This document shows positions 51,080-61,784 of a stretch of 64,000 bases of DNA, one piece after another. The stretch covers positions 1,789,279 through 1,853,278 of the forward strand of contig CAWAOJ010000002.1 in the NCBI GenBank assembly GCA_963783725.1, given 5' to 3'. Source of the stretch: an uncultured Chloroflexia bacterium. Its GTDB lineage: Bacteria; Chloroflexota; Limnocylindria; QHBO01. The position numbers and the translations under genes were made by a program. Positions within the stretch are counted from its first letter, which is position 1, and each line of letters starts with the position of its first letter. The notes beneath the pieces are model-generated. The model searched no databases and was not told where the DNA came from. It worked only from the letters and a program-made list of their open reading frames with translations.

Positions 51080-52099
51080 TTAGTCCGATCGTCCCAGCGG
51101 GATCGATGGTTTCCCGCTCAGTTGCGCTCGCTTGCGGGCGCGCGCCCGTTGGAGGTCGGACCTCGCCAATGGAATGGAGGCGGCCATCAGGATCGGGCTG
51201 TTGTACCAGATGACTGGCAGCGACAGCCAGATCGCGATCGGGACGAGCCAGCGCCAGTCTCTACGTGCCGCAACGGCGATCAGCAACAGGCCGGCCGGCA
51301 GCCGCACGAGCAGGGAAGCCCATGCCAGCAGCTGGTCGGGATCCGTGGGGACCGGCGGGTTGGAGGCGATCCACCTAGTCCATTCGACCCAGGCGTTCGG
51401 CCCGAGCGCGAACGACACGATCACGACGATGCCCGTGGTCGCCAGTGCAACCGCGAGGCTGCGCCACTCGCGCCGGACCGCGAACCACACGAGGCCGATG
51501 ACCGGTGTCACCTTCGTCAGGACCATGAAGGGCCACACCGCCGGCGCTCGGAATGACACCACCAGACTCGCCGCGAGCAGGACGTGGATGTTCGAGATCA
51601 CCAACTCGTTGAACAGCCCCACGACTGGGATAAGGAGGAGCATTACACCCAGGATCGGACCGACCAGCCACAGCAGCGCGGCGATCTGCGCGAGCGTCCA
51701 GAGCATCGCGAATGCCTCGAATGGCACTCCACCAAGGGACGCGATGGCCTGTGCGAAAGCCGGCGAATATTGGAAGGCCTGGTCGCCTGGGCGTGCGCCA
51801 GGCGTGTACGGCGCGCTCGCGTTTTGGGCCGCGGTCCAATAGACATGCGCATCCACCGCCTCTGCACCGCCTCTGTGGGCATACACGAATGTGGCCAGAA
51901 GCGCCAGGGCCGCAAGCTTCGTCAGCAAGTGAAGGAGGTGGAGTGCGTGCACCAGCCATCGGCGTTCCCTCAATCGAGCGCAGCGATTGCGCGCATCGCC
52001 GATCAAGACGGGAACGGGGTGGGCACGCCACGAACCATCGAGGCGTGACGATAGCACGCGAATCCTTGCCCGCCGTCTGTAATCACAGTCGCGCAGCAT
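51080..52099 (-). CDS. DUF2029/GT87-like polytopic glycosyltransferase (subfamily A)
   Basis: FQYSPAFAQ, SNIHVLLAASL and WFAVRREWRSL motifs. The raw ORF extends to 52228, but the likely start is MLRDCDY. Confidence 0.6.
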   Translation of the reverse strand: MLRDCDYRRRARIRVLSSRLDGSWRAHPVPVLIGDARNRCARLRERRWLVHALHLLHLLTKLAALALLATFVYAHRGGAEAVDAHVYWTAAQNASAPYTPGARPGDQAFQYSPAFAQAIASLGGVPFEAFAMLWTLAQIAALLWLVGPILGVMLLLIPVVGLFNELVISNIHVLLAASLVVSFRAPAVWPFMVLTKVTPVIGLVWFAVRREWRSLAVALATTGIVVIVSFALGPNAWVEWTRWIASNPPVPTDPDQLLAWASLLVRLPAGLLLIAVAARRDWRWLVPIAIWLSLPVIWYNSPILMAASIPLARSDLQRARARKRAQLSGKPSIPLGRSD

Positions 52100-52130
52100 C
52101 TCAAGCGGGCCGCCCGCTACGCTTCCTTCC

Positions 52131-53419
52131 GTGAACCCGAGATCACGCACCGCCGTCCTGGGAGCCGGAGCGCTCGGTCTGACGGCGGCACTCCGACTCG
52201 CCGAGCGCGGCGACCGCGTCACCGTCATAGAGCGCGAGCCGCTTCCCGGTGGGCTCGCAGCCGGCTTCGAGCTGGAACCTGGCGTGTGGCTCGAGAAGTT
52301 CTACCACCACCTCTTTCGCTCTGACACGCGCGCCATCGCGATGATCGACGAGCTTGGCCTGAGCGACAGACTCGAGTGGCATGCGCCGGTGACGGCGACG
52401 CTGTCCGGTGGTGCGCTGCACCAGCTGGACTCACCGATGTCGCTCCTGCGCTTCTCCCCGCTGTCGCCCATCGCTCGGGCGCGGATGGGTATGACGCTCG
52501 CCGTTCTGAAGGCCATGCCGAATGCGCGTCTCATCGAGGGCCGAACGGCGGCGCGCTGGCTCGAACGATGGATGGGGCGGGACGCATACACCACCGTGTG
52601 GGAGCCGTTGCTGCGTGGAAAGTTCGGCACGGCGGCGCCGGAGATTGCGATGCCATGGTTCTGGGCGCGTGTTCACGATCGCACCCAGCAGCTCGGGTAT
52701 CTCCGTGGCGGCTTTCAGCAGCTGTACACGGCGCTCGCCGAGAGGGTCGAGGAGGCGGGCGGCGAGGTTCGTCTCGGCGAGTCGGTGACGAGCATCCGGT
52801 CTCATGCTGGATCCTTGACGAGTGGAGACGACAGCGGGCGCCGAAACGTTCGACAGGGTGGTTTCGACCCTTCCGAACCGCCTCACCGCGCGCCTGGCGC
52901 CGCAGCTGCCCGACGGATGGAGACGGCGGTACGAGTGGGGCAGTGCCTACGGCGCGCACTGCCTGATCCTCGCGCTGGATCGGCCGCTGACATCGGCCTA
53001 TTGGATCAACATGAACGACCCGGGTTACCCGTTCATGGCCCTCGTGGAGCACACGAATTACGTGCCGGCGTCCGACTACGGCGGTCGCCACCTCGTGTAC
53101 CTGGGCAACTACCGACCGATGGACGACCCGCTGCTCTCGGCCTCGAAGGAATCGGTGCTCGGCACGTTCTTGCCGCACCTCGCCGGCCTGAACTCGGCCT
53201 TCGACGCCTCCTGGGTCACGGACTCGTGGATGTTCTCCGCCCCATTCGCCCAGCCGATCGTGACCGTCGACTATCGCGACCACGTCCCGCCATTCACGAC
53301 ACCCGATTCCGGGTCTCTTCCTCGCGAACATGTTCCAGGTGTATCCGCACGACCGGGGGCAGAACTACTCCATCGAGCTTGCGGAACGGCTCGTCCGCCA
53401 CCTCGGTCAGGGAAGATTG
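52131..53419 (+). CDS. FAD/NAD(P)-binding oxidoreductase (amine-oxidase/phytoene-desaturase-like fold); at least 2 apparent frameshifts
   Basis: N-terminal dinucleotide-binding RTAVLGAGALGLTAALRLAERGDRVTVIE. The middle of the gene is in ORF 52822..53625. The C-terminus IPGLFLANMFQVYPHDRGQNYSIELAERLVRHLGQ is back in the first frame and ends 53419. Confidence 0.55.
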
Positions 53420-53577
53420 ACGTCGTAACCGGGCGGTTGGACCTCGATCTTCGGCTGGATCATCGGGCCGCCGATGGGGCCGAGCTGGTAATCGACCAGC
53501 GGCAGCTCGTGTCCGGTCGCTTTCCACGCGACGGCGAGCAGCAGCACGACGAGGACGGCGCCGAACAGGAAGCGCAT
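53408..53577 (-). CDS. Small (56-aa) predicted membrane protein
   Basis: ATG at 53577, MRFLFGAVLVVLLLAVAWKATGHELPLVDYQLGPIGGPMIQPKIEVQPPGYDVNLP, stop at 53408. Below the ORF-track size cut-off. Found by hand translation. Confidence 0.3.
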
Positions 53578-53598
53578 TCCCGCAGACTACGCTCCGAG

Positions 53599-53748
53599 TC
53601 AATCCGCGGCCGGCGGCTCCTCTGATGCGTGCTCGACATCCGCGGGTGTCGTCGTCACCGTGCGGTTCTGGGCTCGCTTGGCGTAGAAGTAGACGAACAC
53701 GAGCATCGCCACGAGAAGAAAGATGATCAGGAAGAATTCGTTCGGCAC
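53599..53748 (-). CDS. Small (49-aa) predicted membrane protein
   Basis: GTG at 53748 preceded by GAGGA. VPNEFFLIIFLLVAMLVFVYFYAKRAQNRTVTTTPADVEHASEEPPAAD. In tandem with the previous small ORF. Confidence 0.3.
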   Translation of the reverse strand: MPNEFFLIIFLLVAMLVFVYFYAKRAQNRTVTTTPADVEHASEEPPAAD

Positions 53749-53853
53749 GATGTGTCCTCGCTTGCCGGCCGCACGGCGTGCGGCTCGCCGCGCATCTATG
53801 GTGCGTGGCCACCGATCGAGATATGACCCATTCGGCCCATGCTGCGACGAGCT

Positions 53854-54600
53854 CTACCCCGCGAGCGCGACCCTCACCCGCGGCGTGAAGAGCAGCGCCA
53901 GCACGTAGAGCACCGCGACCAGCAGCGCCAAAGCCTGGTAGCCGGTGATCAGTGCCAGGTACTCGAGCAGGCCACCCACCATGGCGCCCAGCAGGTTCGC
54001 GGCGAAGCCGAGGTTCGAGGTGTCCACGTCGCGGAAGCGCTGCGCAAAGACGAGGTTCGCCGCGAAGATCGGCGTGAAGTAGACGAGGACCGCCGCCAGC
54101 AGCCGAGGCCCGAACGAAAGCCCCAGCAGCGCGTGCGGCGGGATGAGGAAGCCCACGATGACCGCCGCCACGAGCAGCGCGTAGAGGACGGTCGGCCGCG
54201 GCAGGCGGGTCCGTCGCACCACCTCGATGGCGGCCAGGACCGAGAGCAGCACGCCGCCGAACACCAGCGCGTTGACGAACCAGGTCGTGCCGAACAGCAG
54301 CGCGAACTGGACGACGCTCTTCGTCTCGAGCAGCAGGAACGCGGCTCCCATGAAGAACAGGTCCGTGTACCGGCGCATGCCGCCGGAAGGGTCCGCCCGC
54401 GCTGCGCACCAGCACCAGCGAGGCGAGCAGGATCAGCGCGATCGCGACGCAGGTACAGCGTGTGGGATCCCGCGGTCGCGCAGGTACGGGAAGGGGTAGT
54501 CGTCGGCGACGCGGGCGCGGGGGCGTCGCGGCCACGTGCGGTGGGTGCACGCCGCAGCTGACCGCATCGGGCTCGAGGCCGATGGTGAGGACCGCCATGT
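53854..54600 (-). CDS. Polytopic membrane protein (TM bundle resembling the N-terminal repeat of the SpdS-like membrane proteins); apparent frameshift near 54385
   Basis: ORF 53854..54378 (MRRYTDLFFMGAAFLLLETKSVVQFALLFGTTWFVNALVFGGVLLSVLAAIEVV...) is preceded in another frame by ...CVAIALILLASLVLVRSAGGPFRR. Either a separate gene or the C-terminal part of the upstream SpdS-like gene. Confidence 0.4.
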
Positions 54601-54639
54601 GGCGCACGGTCCCGACGCTGTCGACGCACGGCGCATGGC

Positions 54640-55869
54640 CGAAGGCGGCCGCCAGCGTCGCCGACGTACCGATCGAGCAGCCACGACTCCCGGTAGTAGT
54701 TGTACATGGCGAACGCGCCGCCGGGCTTCAGGTGCCGCCGAGCGCTGTCCATCGCCTCGCGCGTGAACAGGTAGCTCTCCAGTCGCAGCGACGACTGGCC
54801 CTGCACCAGCGTCAGCGAATCGGGCAGCGCGAAGAGGATGAGGTCGTACTTCGCATCGGTCTGCTCAAGGAAGGCACGGCCGTCGTTGATGTGCACGCTG
54901 ACGCGCGGGTCCTGGTACGGCTCGTCGGGATGCAGCTGCTGCCCAAGCTGGTACAGGCGCGGGTCGATCTCGACCGCGTCGACGTGCTTCGCGCCCTGCG
55001 GCAAGCGCGATGGCGACGTCGGTGCCGCTGCCCGCCCCGACGATCAGCATGTCGTCCAGCGCGGACGCCGCTGGCGCCGCTGGTACGGGATGAAGTAGAC
55101 CGGCGACTTCTTGCGCCGCTCGGCCACGGAGTGCATCGCTGATGTGGGATGCCGTTGACGTCGAGCTCGTAGGTGCCGCGTTCCGCCGGCACCGGCGTCG
55201 ACTGACACCTTGTAGTACGGCGACCAGCTGTAGTTGGGGACGATCGTCTCGCGCGCCAGCATGAAGACCAGCGCCGACGACCGCCGCGACCTGGAGCACC
55301 CGCCAGCCCCGCCGCTGAAGCAGCAGGAAGAGGATGCCGACGACCGTCCCCCACGCGACCGGCGGCGCCCACAGGAACGACAGCAGCGAGAACGCGCCGA
55401 TCCCCAGCACGCTGCCGGTGATGTCGAGCCGGTACGCGTCGAGCGGCTCGAACTCCACGAACGTCCGCGCCACGCCCTCGCCGATCATCGCCATCACCGA
55501 CGCCACCGCCAGGAAGATGACCGGGAGCGTGATCCAGGTCGGCAGGCCGCTGGGCGTGAAGGTGCCGAAGTAGATGATGTCGCTGCCGCTGCGGTCGATC
55601 TGGACGGGGAAGACGAGCACGAAGCCGACGAGCAGGGCCAGCACGACCGGCGCCCAGCGGAACGTGTCGTGCCTCGCCCGCCCGCGCAGGAAGCCGACCC
55701 CGATACCCAGGAAGCTCCCGAGCAGCACGAAGTTCGAGAAGTACGACAGGTAGACGACGTTCGACCCCAGCCACCGGATCAGTGCCAGCTCCACGAACAG
55801 CATCGAGGAAGCTGAGCAGCACCAGCCGCAGGCGGGGGTCCATCGCGGCGGATGGTACGGCATGGCCAC
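54640..55869 (-). CDS. Membrane-anchored spermidine-synthase-like protein (TM domain + aminopropyltransferase-like domain); apparent frameshift near 55040
   Basis: ORF 54865..55869 has the TM bundle (MLFVELALIRWLGSNVVYLSYFSNFVLLGSFLGIGVGF...) ending in the SAM-binding MLIVGAGSGTDVAIALAAG. It continues in ORF 53949..55004 (AKHVDAVEIDPRLYQLGQ...INDGRAFL...YDLILFALPDS...GGAFAMYNYY). Similar to the C-terminal domain of 36102..38363. Confidence 0.55.
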
Positions 55870-56064
55870 GCACGGGAGCGGTCGCGACCGTATCGGTCCG
55901 ATTCCGACCCCTTAACTCGGCGACCGACCGCCGCGACCCTCTTACGGGTCCCCTGACGACCCGGTAACGCCCAACCAGGCCACCCGCGCGCCGTTAAGGG
56001 GTCGTCGTCGGACCCTTACCGCCTGCGCCCAGCGAACCCCCCCGGCTGTGCGGCCGGCCGCCGC

Positions 56065-56835
56065 TCACCCGTGCGCGGCGGCGTTGGCCTTGATCGCGTC
56101 GTGGAGGTACTGCGCCAGCCCCGGGGCGATCTTCTCGTAGGTTGCCGTGAAGCGCGGATCGGCCAGGTACATCTCGGCCAGGCCGACGTGCATCTCGTAC
56201 GAGCACGGGTAGAACGCGTCGTCGATCTGCTTCCGATGCGCCTCGGCGCCGGCCATCGCCTCCGCGCTGTCCGCGGGCTTTCCCGACCGCATGGCCGACA
56301 CGACCTGCGCGATCGCCGCCTCGCCCTGCGCCTTGATGCGCTGCCAGTCCGCCTTGGTGTACTGCGACGCGCGCCGGGCTGACTCGCGGTACGCATCGGT
56401 CTCGCCCCAGCGCTCCTCGACCTCGGCCGCGTGCTGGTCGGGGTCGAAATCGCCGAACACCTCGAGGCGCTCCTCCGGCGTCAGATTGATTCCCATGCTG
56501 TCTGCCTCCATTGCCTTCTCGACGGCCGCGCTCATCCGCTCCAGCCGACCGATGCGGTCGCGCAGCATTGCGTGCTGGCGCCGCAGATGACCGATGCGGT
56601 TCGTGCCGCCGTCGTTCAACACGCTCTTGATCTCGTCCAGGCCGAACCCGAGCTCCCGGTAGAAGAGGATCTGCTGCAGCCGATCCAGATCGGCGTCGCC
56701 GTAGCGCCGGTAGCCGGCGTCACTCCGCGCCCCTGCGTGCAGCAGCCCGATCTCGTCGTAGTGGTGCAGCGTCCGGACGGTGACGCCCGAGAGCCGCGCC
56801 ACCTCGCCGACCGTGAGCCCCTCGGTTCGTGCCAT
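56065..56835 (-). CDS. MerR-family transcriptional regulator with TipAS-like C-terminal domain (TipAL/Mta type)
   Basis: LTVGEVARLSGVTVRTLHHYDEIGLL MerR HTH, coiled-coil, then a TipAS-like antibiotic-binding domain. Confidence 0.8.
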   Translation of the reverse strand: MARTEGLTVGEVARLSGVTVRTLHHYDEIGLLHAGARSDAGYRRYGDADLDRLQQILFYRELGFGLDEIKSVLNDGGTNRIGHLRRQHAMLRDRIGRLERMSAAVEKAMEADSMGINLTPEERLEVFGDFDPDQHAAEVEERWGETDAYRESARRASQYTKADWQRIKAQGEAAIAQVVSAMRSGKPADSAEAMAGAEAHRKQIDDAFYPCSYEMHVGLAEMYLADPRFTATYEKIAPGLAQYLHDAIKANAAAHG

Positions 56836-56887
56836 GCCGCGCACCATAGACCCTCACGTTACGTCAGAGTCAAGGGCGGCCAGCTCG

Positions 56888-57280
56888 CTAAGGCCCGCTC
56901 CCACCGCCGACGAGCCGCCATGCTCCATCCGCCTGCTGCTTCAGGCTGTAGAACCAGGTGTTGTCGCCTTGGTTCATCGACTCGTCCGCGCCGCTGACCG
57001 TCAGCGTCGTCATGAACGTCAGCTCGCCGGGATCGAACCGAACCGGTTCGCCCTCGACCCTCGTGGCCAACACGCGGACCTGCCCACAAAGGTCGCCGTT
57101 GGAACTCGTCATCGATTCAGACGCGAGCGCGTGGGCGGTCGTGCAATCTCCGGCGCGCAGAGCGGCGAGGTACGCGTCGAGGACTTCCCGGGCGGGAGCC
57201 TCAGGTCTTGGAAGCGCTGCGGGAGTGCAGGCCACCAGGACCACTGTGAGCACACCGAGACACCAGGCCGTCGATCTCAC
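56888..57280 (-). CDS. Putative lipoprotein, hypothetical
   Basis: Signal peptide with lipobox LVAC. 130 aa. No recognised domain. Confidence 0.45.
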   Translation of the reverse strand: MRSTAWCLGVLTVVLVACTPAALPRPEAPAREVLDAYLAALRAGDCTTAHALASESMTSSNGDLCGQVRVLATRVEGEPVRFDPGELTFMTTLTVSGADESMNQGDNTWFYSLKQQADGAWRLVGGGSGP

Positions 57281-57410
57281 CGTACGTTGCTCCCTCGGCC
57301 CGTCGCTTTCGCTCGAGCGTGACGTTCGACGCTCCCTGTGTCAACGCATGGACGAGATAAAACTCGCCGAACTTTGACTGGCGGACCGCTTTGGCATCCA
57401 AAGCGCTACG

Positions 57411-58736
57411 ATGCCGGCCATGACCCCCGCTCGCTCGCCCGGCCGCTCCTCGCCCGATCACGAGGGCGCCATCGGCAGCGCGGCCTACCACCGTCACCGG
57501 CGCACGCATCGGTCCAGGGGACACGACCGGCCGCGCATCCTGCAGCTGCTCGCCACCGGGGGAACCGGCGGCGCCCAGGAGAGCTACACCGGGCTGCTGC
57601 TGCACCTCGATCGCGAGAAGTACGACGTCCGGGCGCTGTCGCTCTCTTCGGGCAACGCCGTCTCGCGTCTGGGACGTCTGGGCGTGCCGGTGGACGTCAT
57701 CGACGAGGCCGATGACGAGGCCGCCGTCCGCGAGCTGGCCGCGTACCTGCGCCGCGAGGAGATCGACCTCGTCCACGCGCACATGTACCGCGCCGAGGTG
57801 ATCGGGACGCGGGCCGCGGTCGCGGCCGGGACGCCGGTGATCGTGGCGACCGTGCACTCGTCGCGCGTCCGCTCCGCGGAGGACGTCGAAACGCTGGCGG
57901 CACTGACGCCGCAGATCGACCGGCTGATCGTGCCCTCGGAGAGCATCCGCGCCAAGGTCGAGCGCGAGGGGCGGGCGGGCGCGGAGTTCGCGGTGATCCC
58001 CAACGGCATCGACCTGTCGCGCTTCTCGCTGCCGACGCCGCGCTGCTCGCTGCGCTCCGACTTCGCCATCCCCGCGGATGCGTTGCTGGCAGGAGTCGTG
58101 GCGCGGCTGGAGCCGGAGAAGGGGCACGCCTACCTGATCGACGCCTGGCCTGCGGTCGTCGCCGCCGTCCCCGACGCCTGGCTGGCGATCGTGGGCGAGG
58201 GCTCGCAGTGCGCCGCCCTGAAGGCCCGGGCGCGGGCGCTCGGCGGCCGCGCGGCCGCGCAGGTCGTCTTCACCGGCCGCCGCGAGGATGTCAGCGCGCT
58301 GACGCGCGACCTCGACATCGCGGTCCTGCCCAGCCTGCGCGAGGCGCAGGGCATCTCGATCCTGGAGGCCATGGCGCGCTCGCGCCCGGTGGTCGCCTCC
58401 GCAGTCGGCGGCATCCCCGAGGTCATCACCGACGGCGTGGACGGGCTGCTCGTTCCTCCGGCGTCCGCATCGGGCTTGGCCGATGCGATCGTGCGCCTGG
58501 CGAACTCGCCGGCACTGCGCGCCGAACTGGGCGCTGCCGGGCGCCGAACGGTCGAGGACCGCTTCAGCCTGACCGCGATGGTGCGCCGGGTCGAGCAGAC
58601 GTACGACGAGGACCTGCTGCGCGCCGGCGCGCTCCCCCCGACGCGCCCGGCGCGCGTCGCGTCGCGCCGCTCACGGGCGGCGGGCTCAGCCCGCGGACCG
58701 CGCCGCGCTCGAGGTGCCGCCCGTCTGAGACGCTAG
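57411..58736 (+). CDS. GT4 family glycosyltransferase (glycosyl transferase group 1)
   Basis: ILQLLATGGTGGAQESY N-terminal GT-B domain. C-terminal E..E motif region (LPSLREAQGISILEAMARSRPVVASAVGGIPEVI). The first about 40 residues of the raw ORF are Arg/His-rich, so the true start is probably near 57530. Confidence 0.75.
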   Translation: MPAMTPARSPGRSSPDHEGAIGSAAYHRHRRTHRSRGHDRPRILQLLATGGTGGAQESYTGLLLHLDREKYDVRALSLSSGNAVSRLGRLGVPVDVIDEADDEAAVRELAAYLRREEIDLVHAHMYRAEVIGTRAAVAAGTPVIVATVHSSRVRSAEDVETLAALTPQIDRLIVPSESIRAKVEREGRAGAEFAVIPNGIDLSRFSLPTPRCSLRSDFAIPADALLAGVVARLEPEKGHAYLIDAWPAVVAAVPDAWLAIVGEGSQCAALKARARALGGRAAAQVVFTGRREDVSALTRDLDIAVLPSLREAQGISILEAMARSRPVVASAVGGIPEVITDGVDGLLVPPASASGLADAIVRLANSPALRAELGAAGRRTVEDRFSLTAMVRRVEQTYDEDLLRAGALPPTRPARVASRRSRAAGSARGPRRARGAARLRR

Positions 58737-59188
58737 GCGACGACCGGCCCGCTGCGATCGCCGAGCCGAAGGACGGCGAGGATCAGCAGCTCGATCAGGA
58801 TCCAGCCGACCAGCGCGACCGTGGCAGCCACGTCGAACACGCTGCGCCCGACCGGTCGGACCTGGTCGATGGTGAAGATGCCGCGGAACGGCGCCACGAA
58901 CGGCTCGGTGATGCCGTAGATGCCGTCCACGATCGCGTTGCCCTCGTTCGCGCCGAGCAGCAGCAGCACGATGCGCAGCAGCAGCAGCGCGAACAGGATC
59001 CCGAACAGCAGCGCGATCACGCGCCGCGCGTAGTAGAGCGGGCCGGGGCCGGTGGCGACCGTGGTTCCGCCCACGTTCACGTTGGATGAGACGGGCGGTG
59101 CCGCGACGACGGGTCGCTCGCGTTCCACGATGCGCTCGCGCTCGACGACCTCGGTGTCATCGGTCAGTGGATCTCGCTCGTAGGTCAT
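58733..59188 (-). CDS. YggT-family membrane protein
   Basis: ATG at 59188 preceded by AAAGGAGG. YGITEPFVAPFRGIF YggT motif and two TM segments. The upstream part of the raw ORF is rejected. Confidence 0.6.
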   Translation of the reverse strand: MTYERDPLTDDTEVVERERIVERERPVVAAPPVSSNVNVGGTTVATGPGPLYYARRVIALLFGILFALLLLRIVLLLLGANEGNAIVDGIYGITEPFVAPFRGIFTIDQVRPVGRSVFDVAATVALVGWILIELLILAVLRLGDRSGPVVA

Positions 59189-59253
59189 GGTGATTCGAGC
59201 CTCCTTTGGAGCCTGCGCTGCACCGAAGCACGGACCATGCCAGCGCTCGGCCG

Positions 59254-59937
59254 CTATTCGAGCGGGAAGCCGTGCGCGCCGAGAAGCGGGACGAACACCA
59301 CCGAGTCGAGCTCGCGCGTGCGCAGCTCGCCGCCGTGGCGCTCGACCAGGGTCAGCACCTGGTGCTCGCGCGAGCCGACCGGCATCACCAGCCGGCCGCC
59401 CTGCGGCGATACCTGGTCCAGCAGCGGCTGCGGAATGCTTGGTCCGGCGGCGGTGACCAGGATCACGTCCCACGGCGCGCCGCCGGGATCGCCCAGCGTT
59501 CCATCACCGATGCGGATCGTCACGCGCTCCCCGTACCCGGCGGCATCCAGGCGCCGTCGCGCCCCGTCGGCCAGCTCGGGGAGTCGCTCGATGGTCGTCA
59601 CCACGGCGCCCAGCTCGGCCAGGATCGCCGCCTGGTAGCCGCTCCCGGTCCCGATCTCCAGCACCCGTGCCCCGGTCCACCCGCTCGGCGGCCGTGCGAT
59701 GTGCGTCATGGCCGCCACGACGTACGGCTGGGAGATCGTCTGCCCGCCGGGCAACGGCAGGGCCCGATCGTCGTACGCGTCGCGCGGGTTTGCGCCGGGC
59801 GGCAGGAACGCCTCCCGCGCCACGGTGCGGAAGGCGCGCAGGATGTCCGGATCGGTCAGTCCGCGGGCGGCGATCTGCTCGCGAACCATGCGCTCGCGCG
59901 CGTCGACCGATGCGGCGCGTGCGTGAAGCCAGCGCAT
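59254..59937 (-). CDS. pcm: Protein-L-isoaspartate O-methyltransferase
   Basis: GQTISQPYVVAAMT, VLEIGTGSGYQAAILAELG and IERLPELA motifs. 227 aa. Confidence 0.85.
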   Translation of the reverse strand: MRWLHARAASVDARERMVREQIAARGLTDPDILRAFRTVAREAFLPPGANPRDAYDDRALPLPGGQTISQPYVVAAMTHIARPPSGWTGARVLEIGTGSGYQAAILAELGAVVTTIERLPELADGARRRLDAAGYGERVTIRIGDGTLGDPGGAPWDVILVTAAGPSIPQPLLDQVSPQGGRLVMPVGSREHQVLTLVERHGGELRTRELDSVVFVPLLGAHGFPLE

Positions 59938-59970
59938 GCCGCGCGGCTCGCGCCCAGCGGCGCGAGCGGG

Positions 59971-60255
59971 CTATGCCTGGGCTGGGGTGGTCGTGCTGCT
60001 GGCGCTGCGCGTGCGGCTGCGGCCGTTGCCGGCCTTCGCCTCGGTCTTGCCCTCGTCCGTCGCCGACGCCGAAGCGCCGTTCGCGCCCGAGTCGAAGGTG
60101 CCGAGCGTCGCTGCGTCGAGCACGTCGTTGAGCAGGCGGTCAGCCTTCTCGCGGACCATTCGTCGCGTCTCCGCGCCGCTCCGGGGAGCGAGCAGGATGC
60201 CGACGGCCAGGCCCATGAAGAAGAAGCGAACCGCGATTCGTACGCGGCTGAACAT
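59971..60255 (-). CDS. YtxH-like (DUF948) small membrane-associated protein
   Basis: FFFMGLAVGILLAPRSGAETRRMVREKADRL is the YtxH N-terminal pattern. Confidence 0.5.
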   Translation of the reverse strand: MFSRVRIAVRFFFMGLAVGILLAPRSGAETRRMVREKADRLLNDVLDAATLGTFDSGANGASASATDEGKTEAKAGNGRSRTRSASSTTTPAQA

Positions 60256-60332
60256 GCGTCAACCCTCGATGCGTGTGCGGGTGGTTGTAGCGCAAGAAGG
60301 ATACCACCCGTCCCTGCGGGGCCTGTCCGCGC

Positions 60333-61784
<1,452 letters not shown>

